Shown here: piece by piece, positions 26,837-40,550 of the stretch
Layout: every line of letters begins with the position of its first letter
Numbering within the stretch: the stretch's first letter is position 1
Assembly (NCBI GenBank): GCA_973851085.1
Contig: OZ316775.1
Coordinates: 14,880,001 to 14,944,000 of the forward strand
Direction: 5' to 3'
DNA length: 64,000 nucleotides
Origin: Ptychomitrium polyphyllum
Taxonomy: Eukaryota
Notes under the pieces: generated by a model
What the model was told of the DNA's origin: nothing
Databases searched by the model: none
The model's input: only the letters and a program-made list of their open reading frames with translations
Position numbers and translations under genes: made by a program

Positions 26837-29800
26837 CTAGAAAAACAGTTTGGCAGGAAAAGGGATGGGCGTGCTGATGATGACTTGGCAGAAAGGGCAG
26901 TTTGGTTTCTCGTTCCATGCTTTGGTGGCACATTCATAACACGCGCTTGCATGGCCGCATGGGTCAAAACACGCCCTCTTGCGCTTCTTGGAGAACTTCG
27001 TATAGCATAAAGCGCACTCTACGGTGCGCATTCCCGCTGACAGTTCAGCCCTGTGCTTGACCTCTGCCTCCAGAAATTTGGCCTGGTGATTATCCTCCGC
27101 CTGCAGCAACACCGAAACTCAGTACAGATCAGAAAGAACTTTAATAAAAACTGCTCTATTGCTCCAGAAAGGAGTGTGCTCCACCATTAGCGTAAGGGTA
27201 TCCTTGAGGTCACCTCCTTGAAAGCACCCCCAGCTTCTTGAAGCATCCTCTTCAGTAAGTCCTCAGCAGACATTGGCTTAAAATCCCCATGAATGTTGGC
27301 TTTCTCGATTCTTGCCAAACACTTTGCCTTCTTGTACAGGACGTCTTTCACCACTTCATTCTTCTCTTCCTGACAGCTTTCGAAAAACTGCACACACAAA
27401 TATAATAACAAATCAGCAGGAACACAGAAATGTGAATGTGGCTAGATCTACTGTAAAACGGGTTTATGAGTTCCAGCTACGGTATGCCTACATAGACTTT
27501 GTGTTGAAATTTCGGAATTATTAAGCAAGCTATGATCTTTACCTTCTTCTGTATTTCAAACTGCTCTTTCTTCAGAATTTCGTATGATTCCAGATGCCTG
27601 TGGCTGAGTTCCTTCACCTGAAGAACAGCTTTGTGGTACAACTCGGCCTCATAGTTTAGAGCCTTCAACGTGTGCATTTCAGGTGACATAACAGAGCTTA
27701 TGACAGTTGCCAGTGTATCCCTGCATCATAAACATTATTATCCGTTACCGTCTAAATTTAGAAACTAAACCGAATTCAAAGTCCACAGATAATATAACAG
27801 AGTGCACAGAGATTATTAACCGGACAAGAGTATCATTACCACAGGAATTTAGTTGCGAATCTAATAACTTAACAAACATGCCAAGTGGGTGCTGCACTCG
27901 CAACAGCACTCTTGAAGTTCGACATTCCAAATCTGGCAACATATGATCACTGATAGACAACATCAAGGCCTTTCCAAGTCAACACGACTAAGTTGAATCT
28001 AAGTTCTTACGGCAACTAGACTTGTAATAAGATGCATGATAGTAGGTGCATGGTGTTGAGAATCCTTACGATCCATGAGGATTGAGGTCTGCGCTCATAA
28101 TGTGCCGAGCCATTTCCAAGCGGTCAAAACATTCCTTTGCCATGTTGTGGCGGGATGTGATTGGGATATCAATGGATAGAGCATCCGTCAATTTGTTAAA
28201 ATTGTTTATACAATCCTGTCTCGCGGCGTTCTCCTTTTCTGCCCACTGCTTGGCTCTGTCATTCTGGCATGTATCCCACGTATGGAATATAAGCAAGATG
28301 AATGGATTTTACTTTTCTGTTCAAAACTTCGAACTTCGATTCAGCTGAGACTAAAAAACATTGAGAAAATCCACCGAGGTTGTCACTTACATAAACTCCT
28401 GAGTTTCGGTTAAGAGCACGGTTAACATCATTCCAAAAAGCGAAGGAGAATGACTTAGCAATATCCATAGTAGAACAAGCGTTATTGTCATTCGCTTGTA
28501 TGAATATTTCCTCCTGTGATTCAACTTCCTGGGCATGACAGGTAATTTAGATGCCATCAAGCTTGGAAGGATGTGGTACTTCACAGAGTTAGATTTTCCT
28601 ATCGATTGTTCTCATCCTCAACTGTTCTCTTTATGAACTTTTGTTGCTAAGATGAAGCCAGGGAAAGCAATATGGTGGGCTCGTCTCTAACCTCAACAAA
28701 CGAATGGAAAGATTCACTAGAGCATGATGGCCGAAAGAACATCAAATCATGATTAGACCACTGTACTGTAAGTTATAAGCATTCTATGTTTTAGAGGTGC
28801 TGATTAGAGAATACTCGACTTGGGAATCGATCGCGTACAGGGATAGGTGTGTAGTACTGAGCAAACTTGTTCAAGCAGTAGACAATGTCACTGTCCGAAA
28901 TACCGATTGCATGCTTCCAGAAAAGATCCATAAACCTGCCACATTACCAAGTTTCATCAACTTCTAAATAAAAGAGGCAAAACCTTTTTATACGAGACAT
29001 CTTTATCGCAGCAACAAGTAGAGCATACTGAGCACCTCGATTCCCATTTTTTTCCCTTGTCGCATGCAAGCAACATGCTGAGAATGCCAAAGATTCTTGT
29101 ACTAGAGATCACCGAATTGTCCTGTTCACATTAAAAAATCAGCATAACTCGCTTTAGAATCTCAAATAAATTACTGCAATTCTCAATTTACAAATTGACA
29201 CAAATCTAATTTACAGTTCGTTCTGCATACTAAGTCAAGTAAACAGAAGTTACTCCTGGTGCTCAACCTCCAACAAGCTAGGAATACAAGGAACAGTTTT
29301 TGGCATGCTGAATTAATGAGAACAGAATCACCTCACGATCCTCCAACCATTCAAGAAAAGCTGATGATACATCAATATTATCCAGAGTCTCAAGAGTCTC
29401 AAGCGCTGCTGCTACTTCCTGACATTGCCAGCAAAAGATATGATAAGTTTTGTGAGAAAGGCCTTCAGATTCAATCCGTTGTTACACGGTGTAAAGTACA
29501 CTGCCCCTAGTTTGAGCCAAATACATGTGAATGTTCTAAGTAAATATGACTGTATATTCATTGCAGAGACAGGTTGCAAAGACAAAGTTTAGCACGATAC
29601 CAGCTCAAGAGGCTTCAAGTTCTTGTATGTGCTTGGAGAGAGCAGTCGGAAAAAACGCACAACAGCCTGAGAAACAGTCCTGGAAAGTAATTTCACCCCA
29701 GAGGTGGAGTAGAGTTTGTTCCATAACTGGATTCTTTGGATCTGGAGCGATTAGGTTTAGCGATGTAAGAATATTAGAGGATTAAAACTTTTCATTCAGA

Positions 29801-30521
29801 ACCAGAAAAGTCATGCAGCAGCACAAAGTAAAGAAGACGACGTATCCGTGTATAGGTCCTGCTTTTTTATAGGATGCTTTCTGTATCTACATGCTCATGC
29901 ACATAGTTCCTAATCAGGGAAAATAACTGTAGTGTAGGAGGGTTGCCTCGAATAGATATGCTGCATCTCGTTTAGTGATGAATTCGAGACCTAGATGCCC
30001 TGCGGTGCGTTGAATATTTTTCTCGATACTTAGGAGCCGATTCCACATCATTTCCTGTATTAGGTCAAGAAACAACACACATTGCTTAAACTATGTGACC
30101 TCATACACAGAACTGGCATGCACAGCTGTGCGCAAGGTTGCAGGAGTTTCAGAAAACTGGTAGGTACATCACTTGCAATCCTTCGACGTTGGGACAAGAC
30201 TAACTGCTTTACTCATCTATGCTTTGCTCATCTAAGCTGGAGGCAGTATCCACAATCTAAAACTAAACCATCTCATGTATTTAGGAAAAGAAACCTCCTA
30301 ACTCAGGTGCGTGATCACCCAAGAAAACACCATCGCAAATCCGATTGCAACTATCACCCAATCAAACAATCTCTGAAACTGGAAACTGAAATACAGTATT
30401 TTTTTAAAAGCAAAGAATTAAAAAAGAAGGAAAAAAAGCATTTCCGGTTGCATACCTCATACTCTAGCACTTCGAGCGAGACTTCATAGTTGTTGGCAGT
30501 TACCGATTGAGAAGTTGCCAT
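26837..30521 (-). CDS. Multi-exon protein with a C-terminal RING-HC (C3HC4) finger, putative E3 ubiquitin ligase; N-terminal region not recognised
   Basis: Last exon encodes CALC-x14-PCGH-x3-CYEC-x10-CPFC. Phase-compatible upstream exons at about 30456-30521 (MATSQ...), 29947-30054, 29036-29122, 28837-28934, 28391-28528, 28070-28263, 27544-27720 and 27213-27387. The structure of the 5' half is less certain. Confidence 0.75.
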
Positions 30522-31749
30522 GGTTTTCCCCTTTACCTCTCCCTTACAACCGAGCAGATTTGCGAGAAAACGCAGCTCTAACACAGATGTGCAGGAGGAA
30601 AGAGAGAGAGGAGAGGAACATACAGGACCGGACTAGAACAACGTCAGTGCTGTAACTTTCATACTAACAGAGCTTTCACAGTCCTTGATATAGACCATGC
30701 ATGACTGAGGCCTACACGATCCAGAAGTGGTGGGAGTTTCCCTTGCTGGCTTCCGAAGCTTAACTGCAGGTACTATTATTGAATATCATCATTTTCCACC
30801 AGTGCACCTACAGCAGCCAAATATCTAAGCTTGCTTTAACTGAAGTGCACAGCCTTGATTGATTCAAACTTTGAAGTGAACCTCTGTACGTTGCCTTTTC
30901 TATCAACAAGGCGCAACATTTCACCTCAAAGCGAGTCACGTTGTACGTGGCATTAAAGCAATTGAAGTATTGTACATTTCCTTTCCTATCACTCGTGCTT
31001 TTCCAGTGCACCTGAACGTTTGGTATGAGACCAGGTATGTGCACATCATGCAAAGTTACCCTTTCAGTTTAACCAAGACTTCAGTATAACTTTCTTGGAC
31101 TCTCCCTTGACGATTGTGCACGTCAATAAACAAGGTAATTACGAACGGTTGTGTGGGCCAAAGTATTTTTTCTTGTTCTCTTTATGCAAAGCCATAATGT
31201 TTTTACTGTGCGTGTTTCTTTTATTAAAAAAACAACACAAAGTACAATAATAACATTACGTATGGTATTCAGCTCTCTCTCGCTATCAGTCTTCACATGT
31301 CTCTTTGTACTAAAAATAAAAATAACATACCTTTCTATTACCTTATTAATTTAGAACGGTGATCCAAAAAATTGAGAATATAATTAGTGAATAATGTGCT
31401 TTTTCTATGCAATCTTATAAAGTAATTAGTAATACTAATTTTACTAATATCTAATTGTACATTGGACTCAATAAAGTGGCTTTTTCAAATTTCAAAGAAG
31501 TTGTAAAATAAGTTAAATTGTTATAGTTAATAACAAAATATATTCCAAAAGCAAGAAAGAACTACATTGATAAGATCTTTTAATGCTTGTAACTTCCAAT
31601 AGCAAGTTAATCTAGTTATTTCAATAGTTTGATTATTCTTATCTTTTAGTTTGTTATCAATACTTCCTTTAATTTACATCTCATTCTAGAAAATTTTATG
31701 CTTTACTTATGTTGATTCTTCAATCAACTTAATTGTTTGTTTTTGGCAT

Positions 31750-32310
31750 TCATGTCCTTCATTTTCTTCTACCTGATTATTCCAAACATTTCAATCACGT
31801 CCTTCATATCTTATACATGATTATTCCAAACATTTCTATCACGTCCTTCATTCTCTTCTACCTGATTATTCCAAATATTTCAATCACGTCCTTCATTCTC
31901 TTCTATCTAATTATTCCAAACACTTCTATTATATCCTCATATCCTTATTCTCTTCTGCTTGATTATTCCAAATGCTTCAATCACGTCTTTCATTCTCTTC
32001 TACTTGATTATCAATTATTCCAAGTACTTCTGTCACATCCTTCATTTCTTCTGCTTGATTATTTCATTCACTTCTATTATATCTTTATATCATTATTCTC
32101 TTCTACTTGATTATTTCAAACACTTCTATTATGTCTTTCATTCTTTTCTATCTAATTATTCCAAACACTTCTATCATGATTGTCATTTTCTTCTGCTTGA
32201 TTTTTTCAATCACTTCTATTATATCCTTCATTCTCTTTTGTTTGATTATTCCAAACACTTTTGTCATGTCCTTCATTTTATTTTACTTTATTATTTCAAT
32301 TACTTCTATC
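31750..32310. repeat. 45-bp minisatellite, about 12 diverged copies
   Basis: Unit approximately CATTCTCTTCTACCTGATTATTCCAAACATTTCAATCACGTCCTT. It produces the repeated LIIPNISITSFILFY seen in the ORF track. Confidence 0.9.
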
Positions 32311-33582
32311 AATTTTATTTGTAATTTATTAATTAATTCAGTCCTTTTTATTCTTTAATCACTACAATTATTTTAGCACAATTATCTTTATTATTTGTTT
32401 TCTTAAGGAATTTTTAATCATTTTAATTATGAATACAAGTAATTAAAAATGAATTGGTCAAAATACAATGCCTGTTGTATAGAAGCATAATCAAATCAAA
32501 ATCATTATAAATCTGATGAAAATAAAATCAAATAAAATATTAAATATAGAAATCTATTGTGATTCATGGATCCACATGTACAAGAGACATGCAAAAGTAT
32601 GAATAAAAACAATTAGAATTTTTTTTATTAATATTATTAAAAGTCCATCTATTATAAAACTCCTTTAGTTTTATTCAAACTTAAATATATTATATTGGAT
32701 TCAATGTTGAAAAGTTCCAAATATAATTCCAAATTGAAACATTGTCATTTAATATATATTTCTTGGTAAACCTCCAAATGTGTATTACAATCTCATTAAT
32801 TATGTTGTATACAAATATTGAAATATCTAAGGCCATACATATTCATAATTTTCTTGAAATTGTAAAATCTTGAAATTAACACTTATTACTTAAATTTTTT
32901 CAAATTTTTAATTTAAAGTGAGGAATTACTATAGCATATGTTACTAAGAAAATTAAAACTATGTATCATGAATATCCTTTATCATTATTCAAACAAAACA
33001 TGTAATTTAATCCTACACAACAAACTTCCAAAAGTTATAACCTTAGATGACTAAAATTTAAAAAAATCCCTATCCTTTCATATGATGTTTAATTTCAATA
33101 AAAGATTTGTTGTTGTGAAAATCTAACATCAATCTAAAGTGTTTTGATGAAGTATAAAGCATTTTAAATAAGAATACTTGATTTTGGACACTCATATGAA
33201 TATAATCTCTACCCACTTGACATGAAAATTTTGTACTCCTTCCACACAAACACACTTGTTTTAAAGATTTCTTCCTTCTAATTCTACCACCACTCTTCCA
33301 CCCATAAAACCAAACAAACAAAAAGTTATTATTAAACCACATAATTCATACCACCAACCAATTTATGACCAAACTATTTGCCATCACTAAACGCCAGCCA
33401 TGATATTCTTGAAAGATAATTTGGAAACTTGAATGAGGTCCCCTTTTTAAAAAATGTCCTAAAGCAATAAGGACTCCAGTTTCACACCCATAATCATAAA
33501 GTCCTACATATCCTAAGGTCGAAGTTCCGAACTTCAGACTGTTAACAGATATAGAGGTACAGGATGAAACCTCAGAAACTTT

Positions 33583-33725
33583 TATGAGGTCCCCATCTGT
33601 ATGAGGTCCTCATCCGTATGAGGTCCCCATCTGTATGAGGTCTTCATTCGTATGAGGTCGCTATTTGCATGAGGTCCCCATTCGTATGAGGTCCCCATGT
33701 GTGTGAGGTCCACATTTCAGGTCCA
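33583..33725. repeat. 17-bp tandem repeat, about 8 copies
   Basis: Unit TATGAGGTCCCCATCTG with variants, read directly. Confidence 0.9.
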
Positions 33726-34219
33726 ATAGAGGATACAGTTTGGCATTTTGGAGAGACACATGAATGCAGGAAGATGGGAAAGGAAGTGTAGAACCTTGGA
33801 AGATGCAGGGAAAGGCATAGCGAAGTCCACCACTGCTGCAAGTCCCGTTGCAAGGACAGGATTGAGCTCCACAAAACCTTGCAATGGCAAGCCTCTGCGT
33901 CCACATGGCAGTTCCTGCATGCACTTTTTGCTTCATACCCGAGTGGTACTCGCGTGATGCTAGGGTAAGTGACTTTGAGAAGTCGACAATTCGTTGAGGT
34001 CGTCGCACTCGTCGTCGCAGGCTCCCGTTTTGGAAGCTCAATGCTCTGCTCTCAATAAGTTTGGGTGCCCAAAAGCGTCAATTTAACCTAAAATCCACAT
34101 TCTGTGATATCTGTAGATATGTGTTCTTCACCTGTTGGCCCTCGGTAGTTACTACCCGTTTTCGCTACGGTGACGGTCTTAGATGTACATCCCAGAAGGC
34201 TCCCTGCTCTCTGGGACGT

Positions 34220-34312
34220 GATGGTCTTGGGTGGTCTTGGATGGGCTTGGATGGTCTTGGATGGGCTTGGATGGTCTTGGGTGGGCTTGGATGGTCTTAA
34301 GTGGATTTGAAT
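34220..34312. repeat. 10-bp tandem repeat (GATGGKCTTG), about 9 copies
   Basis: Alternating GATGGTCTTG / GATGGGCTTG units. Confidence 0.9.
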
Positions 34313-35131
34313 GGATAGTTTGAACTAAAGTAGGGAAGTTATTTGAAAATTTGGTGAAGGTTCTTTATTGGAGATAATCAAATTTGGTGAGATTCTTCTT
34401 TTGTCTATTAACATATCTTTGATTTTCTACTATATTCTTACTTCAAAAAGTTTTTTTTTAAATTTATTTATTACTAAAGTAATCTTGATATATTAGATAC
34501 CAAAGGAAAATATTTTTAGAATTTCTTTCCATGATTTAATAGATGATAATTTGCACCTTGGCTTTAGATTATTATAATAGTGGTAAAAAATTATCAGTTC
34601 ATTAGTAAACATATATAAATTGTTTTCTTTAATCCATAATATTCTTCCATACAAAGTTTGTTATGGATTCACAAATCAACTTTATTGGTTTTTTTGGAAG
34701 TTATAATTGAAAGTTTGACACTTAAACCATCATAATTCATCTCAAGTTTTATCTAATTTTCATCCAAATAAAACAACTAAACCTTGAATTTTTTAACTAT
34801 AGTTTCTAAAATTGAAAGGACTAGTTTGGAAATTTACAAAAATACAAATTATGGTTTTTTAATTATCAAATTCATTCAACCTTTGACGTTCAGCATGGTT
34901 TTTTCAATAAAACCATTAATCTAAATAATAATCTACATTATAAATGCTCTAATTTATTTTTTCAATTATATTTAAATTTATTTCAGTTATGTTTATTTAG
35001 ATGTATATGGTATTGAACATTAGATGCATCAAAAAAAAGTTGATGCAAAATAAATTTATAAAAAAGGGCTTGAAATCTAGCCTCAAATTTTGATTAGGAT
35101 GCATTTGCTATGAAAAATTGATTGAATTATG

Positions 35132-35255
35132 AATTTTTTTGGTTGGATATCATTTATATTAGAAATGTTTGGAAGTATGGTGCTTTGATTTTTTTTTTGT
35201 TGAGTGTCATTTATATTAGATATGTTTGGAAGTGTGGTGCTTTGATTTTTTTTGA
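35132..35255. repeat. Direct duplication of about 57 bp
   Basis: TCATTTATATTAGAWATGTTTGGAAGTRTGGTGCTTTGATTTTTTT occurs twice. Confidence 0.8.
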
Positions 35256-38200
35256 AAGAATAAGGTATCTGCATCAAAATGATTTGTCTATTGTATTTTA
35301 CAATTTTATGGCTAAAAATCTAGGAATATGGTTTTTAAATCGTTTTTCAAAATAAGAAAATTTTTAATATATTTATCAAATTTAACATGAAGTTGGAAGG
35401 TTAGGAGAAAAAGATAAGAGATGATGGAAATAAAGATAGAAATAAACCATTATTGCTCTAAATTTTGTATATAAATAGCCATATTAAACATAAAATTTGT
35501 GACATCTTCAAAAATTATTCCAAAGGAATTGTCTAAAGGCATTGTTTCATTTCATTAATTCATTTGATTCTACAAATATTTTACTTACATGTACTTTTTG
35601 CATATGACTTCTACTGTTGAACATTTTGTCTTTGAACCTTGTTTTAAATATAATTGACAAATTCTTAAAGGAGCTTATAAAAATTATAGTTTATAATAAT
35701 CTAAATTTGGAGAACAAAGTTTCCTTCACTTAGTGTTTATTTCCTATAAAACTATTGCATTGAATTCCAAATCAATTATTGTTGTAAGATTTTGCATCAA
35801 TTCATATACTATAAAGATTTGGTGAACATTTGAATAAAAGGAGGTTTGATTTGAGCACTTTTTGCCTATATAAAGACTAGACTACTATATTTATATTTCA
35901 AAGCCATTTATGAAAATTTTTAATGCTTTATGGTATTTTATAATGTATATACAAAAAATTCTCTTAATGCTTCATTAGGCATCTTATAAATTAGTTGGAG
36001 TTTCTAAAAGAGGTTGTATTGCACACCGTTGGAAAGGAAAAGGTTTATTAGACTATATAAGGTGATTTACATACACATACTAAATTAATGTTTAATTCAT
36101 TTGAAGTGTTATTTCTGTGTTTTAGTTTGAACACCACGGAGTTTAAGTAAGTGGTTCCCCAAGGTTAGCGTTGCTTTCACGTTTCCAAACCCAACAACAG
36201 ATCCCTAGTGTGAACTGCCCTACTACCCTGTCATTATGGACACTCCCATACTGTGACCAGTCCGAAACACATGCCACGTCGACAAGTAAGTTCAAATCAG
36301 GTGTGGTGGCATGTCGAACTCTCGACTCACTGGCTGCAGCTGGAGTGCCAAATCAGATGATGAGATGCCACCTCGTCGTTCTGAGTCAGCCTCAACATGG
36401 CTGGTTGTCGACGTGGCAAGTCCATTACCCTTTTTTCTAAACCAAGAATCGCAGCTATTCTCGGCAGCTTTACTTTAGAAAAGGAGTACAAGATTCGGAG
36501 AGTATTTGATTACTGTAAAGGAAGTCAAATTAAAAAGTATCTCCTAATCCAAATTGTGATATGTGTTACAAGTTTTTGTTCATGATAATATCCTAAATCA
36601 ATACCCACTTGCAAGTGGTGTGTTAAGAAAAGTGTTTAATGCACTTATGGGGAGCTGGTGATTCAAGGACAACATTCCATATGTCAGGCCCTCTAAACCC
36701 AAATTGTTGGTCCTTCAAGCACTTGGTAAACCGGGAGTATTTTCAGCTGGCTGCTCTAGATATGAGCAGCTTGAGATGAAGTAGAAGCCTGGGATGAACT
36801 CCACTCTGTCTTGAGGATAGGGGATTAAATTTATTTACATCATTTTCATTCTAATTTTGCAAGCCTGCTAATAGCCATTCAGTATGCGGTCTTTCAAACC
36901 TTCACTATATTTGAACTGTAGGCTACTATTGTGTAATATACGTTTCAAGGAAATACGTTGCAAGTCATGAAGGAATGCCACTACCTAATAGTGTCACCTT
37001 TTCCTGGGCCACTAGGATTCTAACAACAAAAAATCCATGAAATCAATACTCCAATTCAACCAACAACAGAGGTCATGACTTTGTGATTAATAATATACAA
37101 ATTCAATTTGGAATCCCTTCTTCAATCTTCATGTCTTTGTGTATGTGTAGGTGTACTCATGTGTATGTAAGTTCATTGTACTCATTACAAGTGTTTTAGA
37201 ATTAAACTTTGAATCATGTTCTTTACAATTCAATTATAAAGTGAAAAACCAACATTCTTTTATTTTGATAATTTAAAGGTTTAATTAGAGAGTACAAACA
37301 TTCAAAATGAACAAATCTTATATTGATGTTTTACTTGTTTTAAAATTTGTTTTGAGACAATTTTTTAGAGATTTAAAAATAACTTGATATATACCTCTAA
37401 TGTTAGTTAAAAAAATTCACATTAATTTCTTGCAAAGATTTGTGTTGTATAAGATTTGACAAATTAATGTAAGATTTGTAAAAGCTTCAAATGGATAAAT
37501 AGAATATAAATAAGAAAGTGTTTGATCTTGTTTATCATCTAAATTCTAGATACTTTGGTCTTTATAGAATAAACCTTCTCCAATGCTTATATAATCATGT
37601 GAAAAAAATAAAATTATTCAATAAAAAATAATACCATAATTAAATTGACATTAAATATCACAAAAATTAAATTGAGTTTTTTAAAAATTTGGGCAAACTA
37701 TGTCCTTTGCAAACATGCTAATAGCATTGACATTGTACACTTTAAAACATATAAGGAATTTCTATCTTGAATGAAAATTAACACTTCAAAAATACTATCA
37801 TTGAAAATACATTGAAAAACTACAAGAAAAAAGCAAAATAAATCATAGATTTTGGATATCAAGTTAAAAAACTACATCCCTTGCTAAGGTGCTATCAAAC
37901 AGAGTTGAAGAATGCCATCAAACATTTGAAATTGAACGAAGCTCATCATCAAGTTCTTAACATTTACCACACTTACATCTAGTTTACCAGCCTAAATCTC
38001 AAAGTTCACTTTCTTTTTCTTTCCCAATACAACTACCTGCCGTCCACATGAAATGGTAACCACTCCCTTACGCCTGTGCCTTACCATTCTAATATGGGTT
38101 TTCATTCTTGATGGTTAAAGATTTCAAATTTCAAATTTCAAATTCTTTGTATTTGGTTGCCTTGCATGGGCCCACCAGAGTTGTTAGATGTGCCACTTCA

Positions 38201-40550
38201 CCCCAAGCAGGACTAAAATAGCAATAGGGGGCGGCATGGCTGGATGGAGTGAAGTCCCTTCGAATAAGTCAACCCGAGCCTACAAACCTTTCTACTTTTC
38301 TACTCCCGTCCAGCAAGGCATTTTAATTTGTTGTTTTAATTTCCCCTCGAGGACGGTGTTTCAACAGCAGTCAGGAGATGGATGGAAGGGAAGGACGGCC
38401 CTGTGTGGCATCTCTATCATAATAAATGGTATTAGTTGACATTCAATACAGAATGACGACGTTTAGCCATTTTAAAATCCTAGTTGCAGTCATGAGTATA
38501 GTTGGTGACGCAGCAAACACTGTCGTACTCTGGGCATAGACAAATGCATTGAATGCAGTGCGGAAGTTTGAATTCAGAGAACGTAGGAGTCACAGTTACA
38601 TCATTCTTTAACATTTTTGCACAAATGTATATTTATTTCATGGTCGAAGCAGTACCATTGAAATCCTGATAGGGTGTCAGAATGCTCTGTGCACATCAGG
38701 AAATATTGTTCTTGCCTATATAACTCTTAACTTCAATATAAGGTGTTCAACAGCCTTGGTTTGGGGGAGGGATTGGAGGACCTTTGGACACCTAGGTTTA
38801 AGGAAGAGGATTGGCTTGAAAATATTGGGTAGCTTTGAAGAGGTCTAAAGTTTAGAGCTTACACAATATCTAATATCGTAGAGACTTTTCAATGGTGTAA
38901 AAAAATATAGTAACTTAGTTTTACTCCCTTTTGTAATGGGAATGAATATTGGAAAGCTTTACTCATTTAGGTTCTCATTTATAGATAACACTAATGAAAC
39001 CAACATGCGTACATAAGTTGCAAAAATGACAACATACTTAATTAAGGATTGGACTAATTTAGCACTTAAGTGACTCACACTTCACTATAGCAAGTTAAGA
39101 GTCGTTTTACTACTGTGATACACAACCTGGCGTCTCCATTTACTATTCATCCAATTCATCTCCAATTCAATGGAGTGTGAGTTCCAGATAAACGTACTGA
39201 GCGAATTTTAGTTTGTTGCTATAAGAAAAATGCGCTGGTTAATGCACATAAAGTTTTTCGAGACTCAAGATAAATGCGACCTTATCTCTCCTCAACAATA
39301 TAACTTTATGCTTTTCAAGGATGGTTTTACCCTTATAAACAATAAATTAAAATAAGGCACAAAATCATAATAGCGAAGAAGAGTCCAACGGAAGCTAATA
39401 TCCAAAACCGTCACTGCACCAGAGTTGTCTACCCCATGCACACTCCGATTCGTACAAAATATAAATCCAGTATATAAAATAGAAAAGATGTACATTGACA
39501 ATTTCTCACTCTATCCTAAATTGAATATTTCTTCATTTTCTATAGATTTCGTACAGCTAAATGTACGCCTCGGTAAGATAACATCTGTTTTGGCGGGGCA
39601 CTGATACTCTTGGGAGATTGACTTCCTCCGACATGAGATTCATGGTGTCGGATGGGTTCTCGTTGAGATAAACACAAGTTGAGATCAATCACACCCAGGG
39701 GAACTCATCTTTCTCATGAGGCTTTACCAATACTTGGGCTGCACGCGCTCCCAGCGCTGCCACATCACCAGCGGGGCGACCTAGGGATTTACTTTGGCGA
39801 ATAACGCCGCGAGATTCACGTCGCCGCCCAGAATATTCTGCGGCTGCTTTGGATCTATGTTCGGTAGTAGCATGAGCAGGAAATCGGGTCCAGTCTCAGC
39901 TGGAGCTTGCTTGGCCACCACGAGCCTGATGCTCTCATCGCTTCAGCAAGTTAGCCAACTCTTATGATAGGTATAACAACTGGTATAATAGCACTTCCTG
40001 CACTGGTGGCGCATTTGTAGCGTCGACTCATGCTAGTGATGTAAAAAGCAGGTCCTTGGAGATCCTCTTCCTTTTGCTCATCTTGTCTGATATCAGTCTA
40101 CCCGTTCGATCTAGGCCTCCAGACTGGTACCTGAGTTTGCAGTTTGTTGGTGGTGAAGAGGTCTATGCAGCTTGACAGTGGAAGTGTCTAGAAGTTGTTG
40201 GAACTTTCCCGTGTGGGTGGTGTGGTGATGCAGCTTCGTGGATGGTTCACTGGAGAGGGAGGGAGAGTGACGTCCAAGCTTGCAGGTTCTTTTTTTAGGG
40301 TCTGCTCTTGGGAACATGTATGTTGTTTTAGTGCGAGTCTTGGGGAAAGTTTTTGTGAGAGCCATATTCGGTCTGGTTTTGGTGAGTACTTGGAGTGTGC
40401 TGTGAAAGCCCTGAGTTTTGGTTGAATCGTTTCAGATTTCTAGACCACTCCCTTCGAGAGGAAGTTTCGCTTTTTGAACGAGGAATTCTGAATCTGGGGT
40501 TGTGAGGTGAGCGGATTCGACTTCAGTGGACAGAGGATTCGACGGTGAAT

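Noticed and set aside
33583..33725. CRISPR-like appearance of short direct repeats
   Set aside because: Head-to-tail units with no unique spacers, no cas genes and a eukaryotic context.
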